Of a stretch of DNA of 64,000 bases, positions 9,251 through 21,100 are shown piece by piece (position 1 is the first letter of the stretch; the number at the start of each line of letters is the position of its first letter). This stretch comes from Pyrinomonadaceae bacterium (GTDB lineage Bacteria > Acidobacteriota > Blastocatellia > Pyrinomonadales > Pyrinomonadaceae). The translations under genes were made by a program, and so were the position numbers. The notes beneath the pieces are model-generated. The model made no database searches. It was given only the letters and a program-made list of their open reading frames with translations, and was not told the DNA's origin. The stretch is from positions 3,182 to 67,181 of the forward strand of contig DATHBF010000449.1 in assembly GCA_035296285.1 (NCBI GenBank), given 5' to 3'.

Positions 9251-10597
9251 CTACTTCGTCAGCAGGTCGCGCGCCCAGTCGAGCAACTCTCGCGCGCGCG
9301 GCTCGGATTCGGCCTCGGCGATGACGCGGATGAGCGACTCCGTGTTCGACACGCGGACGTGCGCCCAGCCGTCCGGCCACGCGACCTTGAGGCCGTCCGT
9401 CTCGTCGTAGTCGAGGCCGCCCCTCTCAAGCCCGTCGCGCATCCGCTGAAGGAGCGAGTGGATGCGGTCGGGCTCGACCGCGACGTTGTACTTAAGCGTG
9501 TGGAAGCGGGGCGTCGCCTGCGCCAGCTCCGACAGCGTCTCGCCCGTGCGCGCCAGGTGTTCGAGGATGAGGCCGACCGCCGCCGCGCTGTCGTGCGTCC
9601 ACTGCACGCGCGGGACGACGACGCCCCCGCTGCCCTCGCCGCCGACGACGGCCCCGGCCTCGATCATCGCCTCGGAGACGTAAGCCTGCCCGACCGGCGT
9701 GCGGATGACGGTCGCGCCGTGGCGCGCGGCCACTCTCTCGACCGCCGCGCTCGTCGAGACGTTCGTGACGACCGTGCCTACCTCGCGCCGCAGTTGAATC
9801 TCGCAGGCGACGGCGAGCGTCACCTCCTCCGGCAGAATCTCGCCGCCTTCGGTCACCAGCCCCAGCCGCTCGCCGTCGGCGTCGTGCGCGAAGCCGACGT
9901 GGGCGCGGCCGGCGCGGACGACGGCTCGCAGTTGCGCCATCGTCCGCCGGTTGGGCTCGGGCGCGTGCGGGAACGGCGCTCCCGGGTCGTCGTTGACGGT
10001 CAGCACTTCGCAGCCGAGCGCGCCGAGCCAGCGAGGGCTTAGCAGCGAGCACGAGCTGTTGCAGCAGTCCACGGCGACCCTCAAACGGCGCGCACGAATC
10101 GCGTCTACGTCGAAGGCGCGCGAGAGCACGTCGAGGTGGTGCGAGACGGCGTCCTCGCGCGCGACGCCGCTCCGAATATGCCGCCAGGTGGCCTTGGAGA
10201 ATTCGCCCTGGTGGTAGATGTCGAGCAGTTCGTCGGCCTGCGCCGCGTTCAGGTAGAGGCCGTCGGCGCGGACGAACTTGAGCGCGTTCCAGGGCTCGGG
10301 GTTGTGGCCCGCCGTGATGGAGATGCCGCCCTCGGCCGCGAGCCACGGGGCGGCGAGCTGCAAAGAGGGCGTCGGGCACACGCCCAGGTCAACGACCTCG
10401 CAGCCGGCCGCGAGCAGGCCCGAGAGGACGGCCGCGTGCACCATCGGCCCCGAGGTGCGCGTGTCGCGGCAGACGAGGATGCGCCCCGCGTCGAGGTAGG
10501 TGCCGAACGCCTGCGCGAACGCCACCGCCAGCTCCGGCGTGAAGGTCTCGCCCACCACCCCGCGCACGCCGCTGATTCCGATTTTGAGCGAATTCAC
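9251..10597 (-). CDS. phosphohexomutase-family paralog with a degenerate active site (Ser->Gly)
   Basis: Collinear with the 6888-8264 paralog. The phosphoserine loop reads GISITAGHNPEPWNALKF, with codon GGC at 10309-10307. The metal loop reads FAHDADGERL, so the third Asp is replaced by Glu. Confidence 0.8.
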   Translation of the reverse strand: MNSLKIGISGVRGVVGETFTPELAVAFAQAFGTYLDAGRILVCRDTRTSGPMVHAAVLSGLLAAGCEVVDLGVCPTPSLQLAAPWLAAEGGISITAGHNPEPWNALKFVRADGLYLNAAQADELLDIYHQGEFSKATWRHIRSGVAREDAVSHHLDVLSRAFDVDAIRARRLRVAVDCCNSSCSLLSPRWLGALGCEVLTVNDDPGAPFPHAPEPNRRTMAQLRAVVRAGRAHVGFAHDADGERLGLVTEGGEILPEEVTLAVACEIQLRREVGTVVTNVSTSAAVERVAARHGATVIRTPVGQAYVSEAMIEAGAVVGGEGSGGVVVPRVQWTHDSAAAVGLILEHLARTGETLSELAQATPRFHTLKYNVAVEPDRIHSLLQRMRDGLERGGLDYDETDGLKVAWPDGWAHVRVSNTESLIRVIAEAESEPRARELLDWARDLLTK

Positions 10598-10747
10598 TAA
10601 CGCTAACTTTTACCGGCGTTAATTTGGTAACCTCAAGTATGACACCGTAACTTACGCCGTGCGCGCGCGCGCGCGGGCGAAACTCCCGAATCTCCGGAGA
10701 GACTTACAGACGATTCACACCACCCGCCCGCTACGGCCGAGGAACAC

Positions 10748-12880
10748 ATGAGAGCGAGAATCCGCCTAGCCTTTATCCTGCTCCTGATATGCGCATCCAA
10801 CGTCTTCGCCCAGAGCGCGGCCGCGACGCCGCGCCACAACCTGATGCCGGTGCCCGCCTCCGTGCGGTTTAACGACGGCCGGCTCGGTGTCGGCAAATCC
10901 TTCAACGTCGCCGCCCGCGGGCACACGGACGAGCGCCTCCGGGCCGCGGTCGAGAGGTTCCTGCGACGCCTCGAAGGCCGCACCGTGATGGAGCTGCGGC
11001 GCGGCCTCGCGGCGGACGCGGGCGCGGCGTCTCTCGTCATCGAGGCGGCCGGGCCGGGCCGCGCCGTCCCCGCGGTCGAGGAGGACGAGTCTTACGCGCT
11101 CGAAGTTACGGACAAGCAGGCCGTGCTCAAAGCGCCGACCGTGGTGGGCGCGATGCGCGGGCTTGAGACCTTCCTGCAACTGCTCGACGGCGACCGCGGA
11201 GGCTACTTCGTCCCGGCCGTGTCCATTCAGGACCGGCCCCGCTTCCCCTGGCGCGGGCTGATGTTAGACGTGGCCCGGCACTACCAGCCGATGGAGGTCA
11301 TCAAGCGCAACCTCGACGCGATGGCCGCCGTCAAGCTGAACGTCCTGCACTGGCATTTGACGGAGGACCAGGGCTTCCGCATCGAGAGCAAGAAGTTCCC
11401 CCGCCTGCACACGCTCGGCTCCGACGGTCAGTTCTACACGCAGGAGGAGGCGCGCGAGATTATCAGTTACGCGCGCGAACGCGGCATCCGAGTCGTGCCC
11501 GAGTTCGACATGCCGGGCCACGCGACCAGTTGGCTCGTCGGCCACCCCGAGCTGGGGAGCGCGCCCGGCCCCTACACCATCGAGCGCGGGGCGGGCATCT
11601 TCGAGCCGTCCTTAGACCCCACGCGCGAAGAGGTCTACAAGTTCCTCGACACCTTCTTAGGCGAGATGGCCGCGCTCTTCCCCGACGCCTACCTGCACAT
11701 CGGCGGCGACGAGAACGAGGGCAAGCAGTGGGACCGCAACCCGAAGATTCAAGCCTTCATGAAGGAGAAAGGCATCAAGGACAACCACGCGCTACAGGGC
11801 TACTTCAACCGGCGCGTGCTCGCCATCCTCAAAAAGCACGGCAAGGTCATGATGGGCTGGGACGAGATTTTCCAGCCCGACCTGCCCAACGAAGTCGTCA
11901 TCCATTCGTGGCGCGGCACGGCGGCGCTGGCCGAGGCCGCACGCCGCGGCTACAAGAGCGTCCTCTCGAACGGCTACTACATAGACCTCATCTTCCCCAC
12001 GCACCAGCACTACGCGAATGATCCCATCCCGGCCGACTCGGCGCTCAAGCCCGAGGAGGCGGCGCGCGTCCTCGGCGGCGAGGCGACGATGTGGAGCGAG
12101 TGGGTCACGCCCGAGACGATAGACTCGCGCATCTGGCCGCGCACGGCCGCGATAGCCGAACGCCTCTGGTCGCCGCGCGACGTGCGAGACGTGGACGACA
12201 TGTACCGCCGCCTCTCGGTCGTCAGCGTGCGGCTCGAAGAGCTGGGCCTCACGCACGAGAAGAATCAGGCGATGATGCTCAGGCGGCTGGCCGGCGGGCG
12301 CGACACCGCGCCGCTCCAGACGCTCGTCTCCGTCGTCGAGCCCGTCAAGGAGTACAGGCGCTACCAGCAGCGCCCGCAGACGATGCTCTCGCCGCTGACG
12401 GGCCTCATCGACGCCGCGCGCCCCGACAGCGACGCCGCTCGCCGCTTCGCCTCGCAGGTTGACGCGCTCCTCTCCGACGCGCCGCGCTTCGAGGCCCACT
12501 CGATGCAACTCCGCAACACGCTCACGCAGTGGCGCAACGCCGGCCCCGAGCTGGAGGTTCTGCTCGACCGCTCGCCCGGGCTGCACGAGGCCCGGCCGCT
12601 CGCAAAGGATTTGGCCGAGCTGGGGACGGCCGGGCTGGAGGCTTTGTCCTACCTCTCGCGCGGAGTCGCGCCCTCGGCCGAGTGGCGCGACGCCCGACTC
12701 GCCGCCCTCGATGCGGCCGCGAAGCCCAAAGCCGCGCTTGAGTTCGCGGTCGTCCCCGCGGTCAGGCAGCTCGTCGTCGCCGCCTACGAACAGCCGCGGC
12801 TCAGTCGCCAGACGCCGGCCGAGTGGAAGTCGCAGGTCAAACAGCTTTCCGCGCCCGCGTCGAAGCCGCCCGGCCGATAG
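10748..12880 (+). CDS. GH20 beta-N-acetylhexosaminidase, secreted
   Basis: Has a signal peptide. Contains DRPRFPWRGLMLDVARHY...LNVLHWHLTEDQGFR...HIGGDE, which is the GH20 catalytic core. Confidence 0.85.
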   Translation: MRARIRLAFILLLICASNVFAQSAAATPRHNLMPVPASVRFNDGRLGVGKSFNVAARGHTDERLRAAVERFLRRLEGRTVMELRRGLAADAGAASLVIEAAGPGRAVPAVEEDESYALEVTDKQAVLKAPTVVGAMRGLETFLQLLDGDRGGYFVPAVSIQDRPRFPWRGLMLDVARHYQPMEVIKRNLDAMAAVKLNVLHWHLTEDQGFRIESKKFPRLHTLGSDGQFYTQEEAREIISYARERGIRVVPEFDMPGHATSWLVGHPELGSAPGPYTIERGAGIFEPSLDPTREEVYKFLDTFLGEMAALFPDAYLHIGGDENEGKQWDRNPKIQAFMKEKGIKDNHALQGYFNRRVLAILKKHGKVMMGWDEIFQPDLPNEVVIHSWRGTAALAEAARRGYKSVLSNGYYIDLIFPTHQHYANDPIPADSALKPEEAARVLGGEATMWSEWVTPETIDSRIWPRTAAIAERLWSPRDVRDVDDMYRRLSVVSVRLEELGLTHEKNQAMMLRRLAGGRDTAPLQTLVSVVEPVKEYRRYQQRPQTMLSPLTGLIDAARPDSDAARRFASQVDALLSDAPRFEAHSMQLRNTLTQWRNAGPELEVLLDRSPGLHEARPLAKDLAELGTAGLEALSYLSRGVAPSAEWRDARLAALDAAAKPKAALEFAVVPAVRQLVVAAYEQPRLSRQTPAEWKSQVKQLSAPASKPPGR

Positions 12881-12889
12881 GAGATAGTT

Positions 12890-14074
12890 TCAGGGGGCAG
12901 GCGGGGGCGCGGCGGTGTCGTCGTCGCCGGCCTGCGTCTTGCCCTCGCCCTTGAGCTTCTCGACGATGCGCATCTCTTCGCGCGCGCGCTCCGGCTCCTT
13001 AAGCCGCGCGTAGAGCAGGGCGAGGTTGTAGTGGGCCTTCGGGTCTTCGGGGCTCAGCTTGACGCCGGCTTCGAGCGCCGCCCGCGCCCGCCCGTAATCC
13101 TTCAACTTCAGGTAGGTGGCCCCGAGCGCGACGTGCGCGTGCGAGTAGGTCGGGGCCAGTCGGATCGACTTCCCGAAAAGTTCCACCGCGCGCGAGTCGT
13201 CGCCCTCGCCCTGTGCGATGAGGCCGAGGTAGTAGAAGGCTTCGGGCGTGCCGGCGTTGGCGCGGACGCTCTTCTCAAGCCACCCGCGGGCCTCCGCGTG
13301 GCGCTTCTGTTTGAGCAGCACGTAGCCGAGGTGAAGCTGGCCCTGCACGTCGTCGGGGCGGAGCTTAAGGAATTGGCGGAAGGACTGTTCGGCCTCGTCG
13401 AGACCGGTTCGCGGTTGCCCGAGCCACGCCGAGCCGAGCGCGAAGTGGTACGAAGGCTCGCCGGGGTTGAGTCCGACGGCGCTTTGAAACGCCGACACGG
13501 CCGCGCGCGCGTCGCCTTTCTTCAGGCGCGCTTCGCCGAGCACGGCGAAGAGCGGGGCCGAAGCGGCCGGCGTCCCCTTCAGGCTTTCGGCGAGGGCGAC
13601 GCACTCGTCGAGGCGGCCCACCTTGAGCAGCAGCCACGCGAGCCTGTGCCCCGCCTCCGCGTTCGCCGGCTCGCGCCGCAGCACCTCCCTCAACTCCGCG
13701 GCCGCCCTCTCCGGCTCGCGCTTGAGCAGGTGGAGGTGGGCCAGGTTCATGCGCGCGCCCGTCAGCCCCTCGTCGCCGCGGACGGCGCGCTTGAAGAGCG
13801 ACTCGGCCTCGTCGAGCCGCCCCTGCTGCGCGCGGATGGCGCCGAGCAGGTTGAGCGCCGCCGCGTCTTCCGGCGCGGCCTTCAGGACCACGTTCAACTG
13901 CCGCTCGGCCTCTTCGAGCCGCCCGCCGCCGATGAGCGACGCGGCGCGCTCAAGTCTCCCCACCCGTTCACCCGACTGCGCCCACGCGCCCGCCGCGGCC
14001 GCGAACGCGACACAGACGAGCGCGAGCGCCCTCAACGACAAGCGGGCGGCAGATTTGAGCGGAGAACTTTGCAC
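12890..14074 (-). CDS. secreted TPR repeat protein
   Basis: Has a signal peptide followed by repeated 34-aa A/L/Y/G-patterned helices. It is the last gene of the TonB-receptor operon. Confidence 0.75.
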   Translation of the reverse strand: MQSSPLKSAARLSLRALALVCVAFAAAAGAWAQSGERVGRLERAASLIGGGRLEEAERQLNVVLKAAPEDAAALNLLGAIRAQQGRLDEAESLFKRAVRGDEGLTGARMNLAHLHLLKREPERAAAELREVLRREPANAEAGHRLAWLLLKVGRLDECVALAESLKGTPAASAPLFAVLGEARLKKGDARAAVSAFQSAVGLNPGEPSYHFALGSAWLGQPRTGLDEAEQSFRQFLKLRPDDVQGQLHLGYVLLKQKRHAEARGWLEKSVRANAGTPEAFYYLGLIAQGEGDDSRAVELFGKSIRLAPTYSHAHVALGATYLKLKDYGRARAALEAGVKLSPEDPKAHYNLALLYARLKEPERAREEMRIVEKLKGEGKTQAGDDDTAAPPPAP

Positions 14075-14099
14075 GGCCTTGCCTCTTGTAACTTCCCGC

Positions 14100-15791
14100 C
14101 TACCGCTTTTGCGCGGCCCTTAAATCCTTCTGCCCGACGATTCCCTGGCCTTCCTTGACGGTGATAAGGCTGTTCACCTTCGCGTTGGTGATTCTATCGA
14201 CCGCGCCGCCCGGCCAGCGGACTTCTATCAGGTCAACCTTCGTCCGCTTCTCCAACCCGAAGTGCAGCCGCAGGTCGCTCTGCGAGATGTAGCTGTCGCC
14301 GCTGCGGACTTCGTCCTTCTGCACGAGGTCGCCGGAGACGACCTTCACGCGCGCCCCGACGCCCCCTCGGTTGCTCTTGACGCCGACGGTCTTGACGAGG
14401 ACGGAGTTGTTTAAGTTTCCGCCGTCGTTGCGAAGCAACTGGGCCGCGCCGCCGAGGTTGTTGACGACGAGGTCAACGTCGCCGTCGTTGTCCATGTCGC
14501 CGAAGCCGACGCCGCGCGCCGCGCGCCTCTCGGCGAAGGGCGGGCCGAGTTGTTCGGCCGTCTCGTTGAAGGTGCCGTCGCGGTTATTGCGGTGGACGAA
14601 GTTGCGCTGGAGGAAGGTCTTGATCTGCGGGTAGACGTGGCCGTTGCCAACGAACAGGTCAACCCACCCGTCAGAGTCGTAGTCGAAGAACTTCGTGCCC
14701 CACCCGACGTAAGGCAGGCTCACCGCCGCGACCTTCGCCGCGTAGGACACGTCGGAGAAGGTGTTGCGGCCCTCGTTGCGGTAGAGCGTGTTGTAGTCGT
14801 CGTCGAAGTTGGTGACGAAGAGGTCGAGGCGGCCGTCGTGGTCGTAGTCGGCGACGGTCACGCCCATCGACCCCTGGGCCGCGCCGTTCTCGCTGAGCGC
14901 CGTGCCCGAGAGAAAACCGATGTCCTTGAAGGTGCCGTCGCCGTTGTTCTTATATAGGAAGTTCGGCGTCGAGTCGTTGGCGACGAAGATGTCGGTCAGG
15001 CCGTCCTCGTCGAAGTCGCTGCTGATGACGCCCATGCCGTAGTAGCCGTTGGGGTCCGAGACGCCGGCCCGCTTCGACACGTCGGCGAAGGTGCCGTCGC
15101 CGTTGTTGCGGTAGAGCGAGTCGCCGTCGCCGGGCAGGCCGCGCGGTCCGCACTGCACGGCGACGCCCTTGAACTGGCAGGTCTTATCTTTGCCGAACTC
15201 GGGCAGGTTGTCGAAGTCGAACGAAACGTAGTTGGCGACGAACAGGTCGAGCCACCCGTCGTTGTCGTAATCGACGAACGACGCGCCGGCCGACCAGCGC
15301 GGGTCCGGGACGCCCGCCCGCTGCGTCACGTCCGTGAATGTCCCGTCGCCGTTATTCTTGAGCAGGTGGTTCGGCCCGACGCAGGTGACGTAGAGGTCGT
15401 CGAAGCCGTCGTTGTTGTAGTCGCCGACGGCCGCGCCCATGCCCCAGCCGATGTCGCCGACGCCGGCCTTGTCCGTCACGTCCTCGAACTTCCAGTCGCC
15501 GCGGTTGCGGTAGAGCACGCTCCGGGTCTTCCCCTTCGTCTTCACCAGCTCGACGGTGAGCGAGTTGACGAGGTAGATGTCGAGCTGCCCGTCGTTGTCG
15601 TAGTCGAGGAGCGCGACGCCGCCGCTCATGGACTCGACGATGTAACGCTTCTCCGGCGTGGAGACGTGGCGGAACGAGACGCCCGCCGGCCCGGCCACGT
15701 CCGTGAAGCGGGGGCCGACCGATTGGCCGGCGGCGGGCTGACGCGCGAAGAGCAACAGGACGACGAGCGCCGCGAGCAAACCCGGCCTCAT
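14100..15791 (-). CDS. CRTAC1 / ASPIC-UnbV family FG-GAP (VCBS) repeat protein
   Basis: Repeated D.D.DG..D.(Y/F)V.N motifs and ...LY.N.GDGTF.DV (FG-GAP/VCBS). C-terminal UnbV-like segment [28 protein letters not shown]. The start overlaps the upstream stop (ATGA). Confidence 0.8.
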   Translation of the reverse strand: MRPGLLAALVVLLLFARQPAAGQSVGPRFTDVAGPAGVSFRHVSTPEKRYIVESMSGGVALLDYDNDGQLDIYLVNSLTVELVKTKGKTRSVLYRNRGDWKFEDVTDKAGVGDIGWGMGAAVGDYNNDGFDDLYVTCVGPNHLLKNNGDGTFTDVTQRAGVPDPRWSAGASFVDYDNDGWLDLFVANYVSFDFDNLPEFGKDKTCQFKGVAVQCGPRGLPGDGDSLYRNNGDGTFADVSKRAGVSDPNGYYGMGVISSDFDEDGLTDIFVANDSTPNFLYKNNGDGTFKDIGFLSGTALSENGAAQGSMGVTVADYDHDGRLDLFVTNFDDDYNTLYRNEGRNTFSDVSYAAKVAAVSLPYVGWGTKFFDYDSDGWVDLFVGNGHVYPQIKTFLQRNFVHRNNRDGTFNETAEQLGPPFAERRAARGVGFGDMDNDGDVDLVVNNLGGAAQLLRNDGGNLNNSVLVKTVGVKSNRGGVGARVKVVSGDLVQKDEVRSGDSYISQSDLRLHFGLEKRTKVDLIEVRWPGGAVDRITNAKVNSLITVKEGQGIVGQKDLRAAQKR

Positions 15792-18001
15792 GGTTTCGCC
15801 TCGCGCAGCGCCTTCTCCTTCAACTGCCGGGCGGTTTCCAGATGCCGCTCGCCGTCGGCCTGGCGGCCCGCGGCGATGTAGGCGCGGCCGAGCTGGTAGT
15901 GGACGTGTGCCTCGCCGGGGGCGAGCCGCGCCGCCGCCTCAAGGCTCTCGACGGCTCCGCGCGCGTCGCCGCGCTTGAGCAGGGCGTTGCCCAGCTCGAA
16001 GTGGGCGTTGGCGAACTCGGGCCTCTCGCGCAGAACGTCCCGCATGAGGGAGACGCCCCGCTCCGTCTCCTGCCGCGCGAGCAGCGCGAAGCCGAGATGA
16101 TACCTGGCCTCCACGTCCGAGGGGTTAAGCCGTAGCTCCGCCTCGAACTCGCGCGCGGCGTCGTCGAGACGGCCCGCCTTCAGGTGGATGAGCCCGGAGT
16201 AGAAGTGCGCGAGGCGCACGCGCGGGTCGAGCGCGAGCGCGGCGCGGAGTTCTTCGAGCGCGCGCGCCGCGTCGTTCCGCTCGTAGTGGGCGCGGCCCAA
16301 GAGGATGTGGACCTGCGGGCTGTTGTCGCCGAGCGCCACCATCTGCCGCGTGACGCGCTCGGCCTCCTCCTTCCTGCCCGCCTTGCCGAGCGAGAGGGCG
16401 AGCGGGTAGTAGAGCGCGGCCTCGCCGGGCCTGGCCGCGACGACCTCGGCGAGCAGCGCGGAGGCTTTGGCGTAGTCTTCGGCCATGAAGTAGCTGAGGC
16501 CGAGCAACTGTTTGGCGTGCAGGTTCGAGGGCCGCGCCTTCAGCTCGCGTTCGAGCGGCGCGACGGCGTCTTTGTAAGACTCGGACTTGAAGTGCGCGAG
16601 GCCGAGGTTGTAGTCGAGACCTTCGTGGCGCGGGTTCCAGAGCGCGGCCCGCGCGAACTGCTCGGCCGCCGCGCGGAAGTCGCGCCGCTCGGCGCGGAGC
16701 AGGCCGATGTTGTTGTGCGCCGCCGCGACCACCTTTTCGTAATAGGCCGACTGCGGGGTCAACTCTTCGCGTTTATCGCCCGCGTCCTGCGCGCCCGTGA
16801 CCACGTTTTGCGGCGAGACGAGTTCGGGCAGGCCGCTCTGATTCTCCCTGCCGGCGCGGCCCAGGAAGGCGTCGAGCTTCGCCCCGTCGGTCTTGAAGGC
16901 TTTGGACTTGAGTTCGGCCGCGCGCTGCAACTCGCGCTCGCCCTCCTGCGTGCGGCCTGCCTTCAGGAGCGACTGGCCGAGGCGGTAGTGCGCGTTCGTC
17001 ACCTGATAGTCGTTGTGCTCGAAGCCGGGGCTGAAGGCGATGGCCTTGCGGAGAGCTTCAATCGCCTGCTCGTAGCGGCCGAGATTCTGGTAAGCCTGCC
17101 CGAGGAAGAAGTGCGGGTCGGCGTTGCGGGGCTGCGCGCGCGAAGCCCTCTCAAGGTGCGCGGCGGCCTCGGCCCAACGCCCCTCGCTGCTGTGGATGAC
17201 GCCGAGGTGGTAGTTCGCCAGAAACTCGTCGGGGTGCGCCGACAACTCCGCCTGCAACTCCTTCACGGCGTCGCCGAGTCCGGCCGCGCCGTCCTTGAGC
17301 AGGTACGCGAGCGCGAGGTGGTAGTGGACGCGCGGCAGGCGCGGGTCGAGCGCGACGGCCCTCTTGAACTCCTCGACGGCTTCGGCGTGAAAGCCCGTCT
17401 CGCGGTAGGCTCGCCCGACGAGCACGCGCAGGCGCGCGCCGTCGCCGAGCCCCTTTATCATCCGCTCGAAAACTCGCTGCGCGTCGGCGGGCCGGCGCCC
17501 CTTGAGGTAGGCCAGCGAGAGCGTGTAGGCGGCGTCGTAATCCCCGGGCGCGAGCGCGAGCGCCGATTCAAGCTCGCGCGCCGAGCCGGCGAAGTCGCCC
17601 AGCATGAAGCGGGTCTTGCCCAGCATGTGGCGGGCCGGCGCGCTCTGCGGGTCGCGCGCGAGGGCGCGGGCGAGAGGCTCGGCGGCCTTCTGGTATTGGC
17701 CGGCGTGGAAGTAGGCGATTGAGAGCTCGACGAGCGCCCCGACCGAATCGGGGCGGCGGGCGGCGGCCGCTTCATGCGCCGCGACCGCCCGCGCGTAATC
17801 GCCCTGCGCGACGTAAGCCCTGCCCAGCGCCGGGTAGGCCGCGGCGAGGATGGCCTCGAACTCGGCCTCGGCCGCGGCGAAGTTCCCGGCGCGGTGGTGC
17901 GCCTCGGCGGCCTCGTAATGCTTGCGGAACGAATCGCCCGGCGACTGAAAGGGGGTGAAGATGAGGAGCAGCAGCGCGAGCATGGACGAGGGGGAATGCA
18001 T
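15788..18001 (-). CDS. TPR repeat protein (large)
   Basis: 737 aa of TPR-patterned repeats following a signal-like N-terminus. Confidence 0.8.
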   Translation of the reverse strand: MHSPSSMLALLLLIFTPFQSPGDSFRKHYEAAEAHHRAGNFAAAEAEFEAILAAAYPALGRAYVAQGDYARAVAAHEAAAARRPDSVGALVELSIAYFHAGQYQKAAEPLARALARDPQSAPARHMLGKTRFMLGDFAGSARELESALALAPGDYDAAYTLSLAYLKGRRPADAQRVFERMIKGLGDGARLRVLVGRAYRETGFHAEAVEEFKRAVALDPRLPRVHYHLALAYLLKDGAAGLGDAVKELQAELSAHPDEFLANYHLGVIHSSEGRWAEAAAHLERASRAQPRNADPHFFLGQAYQNLGRYEQAIEALRKAIAFSPGFEHNDYQVTNAHYRLGQSLLKAGRTQEGERELQRAAELKSKAFKTDGAKLDAFLGRAGRENQSGLPELVSPQNVVTGAQDAGDKREELTPQSAYYEKVVAAAHNNIGLLRAERRDFRAAAEQFARAALWNPRHEGLDYNLGLAHFKSESYKDAVAPLERELKARPSNLHAKQLLGLSYFMAEDYAKASALLAEVVAARPGEAALYYPLALSLGKAGRKEEAERVTRQMVALGDNSPQVHILLGRAHYERNDAARALEELRAALALDPRVRLAHFYSGLIHLKAGRLDDAAREFEAELRLNPSDVEARYHLGFALLARQETERGVSLMRDVLRERPEFANAHFELGNALLKRGDARGAVESLEAAARLAPGEAHVHYQLGRAYIAAGRQADGERHLETARQLKEKALREAKP

Positions 18002-18105
18002 TGCTGGTTTGAAAGACTCGGGTCGGACTCGGCAGAAACCGGGACGGAGGGCGAGGGTGATTAAACCCCCGCCCTCCGTCCGCGTCGTGGCCTGACCGAA
18101 TTATA

Positions 18106-21100
18106 TCAGAAGCCGAACTTCAGGCCGAACTGAATTTCGCGCGGCCCCCTGGTCGAGCCCGCCCGGCCGAAGGCACTGTTGCCGAGGTTGTTCTCGATGC
18201 CGAAGGGGGCGACGCTGGCGTTGTGCCCGCGGTAGTTGACCAAGTTGAAGACGTTGAACATCTCGCCGCGGAACTGGATGTTGTAGCGCTCGCGCATCCT
18301 CCAGTTCTTGGCGAACGAGAAGTCTACGTTCTTGATGCCCGGCGCGCGGACGTACCCGCGCGGGAGGTTGCCGAACGTGCCCGGCGCGGGCAGGGCGAAG
18401 GCGAGGCGGTTGATGAGCAGCGAGCGGTCTCCGGGGTTGTCGAGGTAGACGGGCTGGCCCGCGACGAGGTTGGGCCGCTGCACGGTCGCGTTGCCGAGGC
18501 CCGCCCGGTCAACGCCCGTGATGATGTTGAGCGGCGTGCCGCTGTAGAAGGAGGCGATGGTGTTGAACTGCCAGTCACCCAGGACGGCGTTCGCCAGCCG
18601 GCCCCGGTCTTTGAAGGACGGCAGGGCGTAGACGGCGTTGAAGACGAGCGAGTGGCGGCGGTCGAGGTCGGCGTCGCCGCGGTCGATGTCGTAGTTGAAA
18701 ACGTCGGTCGTGGCGCTGATGTAGGACTGGGTCGGGACGTTGCTGATGGTGTGCGACCACGTGTAGGCCGTCTGGAAGGCCAGCCCGTCGGTGAACCGGC
18801 GGTCGATCCAGACCTGCATCGCGTGGTAGTTCGAGTCGCCCGTGGACTCGTCGCGGGTGACGGCGTTCGAGAAGCCGAAGCGGCGGAAGCCGGGCGAGTT
18901 GGCGTCGGCCCCGTTCGCGACCTGCTGGCGGAACTGCGGGCGGACGGCGTTGTAGCTGCCGTTAATCAAACGCCAGATGTGGAGGCCGTGGTTGCCGACG
19001 TAGGAGACCTCGGCCACGGTGTTCTTCATCACCTCGCGCGAGACGGTCAGGTTCCACTGCCAGCTCTCGGGCGGGCGGAAGTTGGGGTCAACCGAGTTGA
19101 CCGCGCCCACGTCCTGCGCCCGCGCGGCGAGCACGGCGGCGTTGGCGTTGTCGAGCGTGCGGCAGGTCGGGCAGTCGGCTAAGGAGACGGCGCCCGGGTT
19201 CCAGCCCGTGTCAACCTGCGTCGTCCACGGCGGGTTGAGCGAGAGCCGGAGCAGCGACGCGATGACGTTCGAGCGGCTCATGTAGCGGCCGAAGCCGAGG
19301 CGCAGCGCCGTCTTGCCGTCGTCGGTGATGCCCCACGCCAGGCCGACGCGCGGCTGGAAGCCGTGCTTGTAGGCGTTGACGAGGGCGCGCGGCAGCCCCG
19401 CCGCCTCGGCCTGGTCGGCGCGGACGTAGCCGGAGTTCAAGTTGACGCCGTCGAAGCGTTCGGGAATCCAGTTCGTGATGCGGTCGTCGGCGGAGAAGGC
19501 CGGCGGGAAGTAGGAGTAGCGCAGGCCTAAGGTGAGCGTCAGCCGCGGGTGCGCCTTCCAGGTGTCGTTGCCGTAGAACTCGAAGTCGCGCCAGCGGCCG
19601 AGCGTCATGTCCTGCCGCTGCAACTCCGTGTACTGGAGGATGGGCAGGTCGCGGAGCAGCAGGTCGGTGATCAGGCTGTTCGTGCGGCCGCCGTCGGTCT
19701 GGACGGTGTAGACGCCGCTGCCGCCGCTCGGCTGCTCGTCCTTCTTGTTGTGGCTGAAGAGGACGCCGAACTTCGTGCTGTGCGGGCCGAAGACCTTCGA
19801 GAGGTCGTCCTTCCAGATGAAGAGGTCCTGGTGGTTCTCCCAGGGGGCCTGGTGCCAGAGGTTGCCGTAGCCGCCCGCGCCCCAGCCGACGGTCGGGAAG
19901 CCGGTGCCTGCGACGCGCGGGAAGACGGTCGGGAAGACGGCGGCGACCTGCTCGTTGAGCGTCTGGCCGACCGCGCTCGTCGAGACGAAGATATCGTTGC
20001 CGGCCTTCGAGAACTGGAACTCGTTGACGGTCGTCGGGTTGATGGTGTTCGCCAGCTTGACGGCGAAGCTGTGGCTCGGCTGCTCCCAGTCCGAGGAGAG
20101 CGTCGGGAACGGCGTGTCGCCCCAGAAGTTGCCCGACGCCTCGCCGTGCACCCACGTCTCGTTGATGTAGCGCACCATCAGGTTCATCTTGTCCGTGATG
20201 GCGATGTCGCCGCGGATCAGGTCCTGGCGGGTGTTGACGGGCTGCAAGGGCGAGTCGCTCCAGTTCGCGCCGGTCTTGCGGCCCGTCGGGTCGTCCACGC
20301 TGTTCGGCAGCGGGAAGACGTTCATCATCGCGAGTCCGGCCGGGCTCAGGCGCGACTGCGGGATGATGTTGCCGGGGAACCGCTGGCAGGTGGCGGCGCT
20401 GAAGACGCGGTTGCCGTTGGTGTCGCGCGTGCAGGTGGTCGGGTCCCAGGGGAGGTTGCCGGTGAGCGCGCCGCTGAAGTCGCCGCGGCGCTCGGCGGCC
20501 GTCGGGACGAGGGCTCGCAGCGGCGTCCCGCGCCGCTCGCGCCGCCACTCCTCGGACCAGAAGAAGAAGGCCCGGTCCTTGACGATGGGGCCGTTGAAGT
20601 TGCCGCCGAAGTTGTTGTAGCGGAGTTTCGGGCGCTTGCCGCCGGACTGGTTCGTGAACCAGTCGTTGGCGTTCAGCTTGTCGTTGCGGAAGAACTCGAA
20701 GAGCGAGCCGTGGAAGGTGTTGGTGCCGCCCTTGGTGACGAGGTTGATGACCGCGCCCTGCGCCTGCCCGTACTCGGCCGAGAAGCTGTTGCGCTCGACG
20801 CGGAACTCGGCGATGGAGTCGATGGACGGGAAGACGAGGAGGGTGGCGTTCGAGCCCACGTCCATGTTGTTGACGCCGTCCACCGTCCACATGTTGGCGT
20901 TCGACTGGTTGCCGTTGACCGACACGTCCACGTGCGAGTCGAGCCCCGTCCCGCGCGTGCCGAAGGCGCCGCCCTCGTTCGGGGCCGACAGCCCCGGCAC
21001 GAGCGTCACCAGCGCGGCGTAGTTGCGGCCGTTCAGGGGCAGTTCCGTCACCTGCTTCTCGGAGACGAGGCTGCTGACCTTGCCGCTCTCGCTCTCGACG

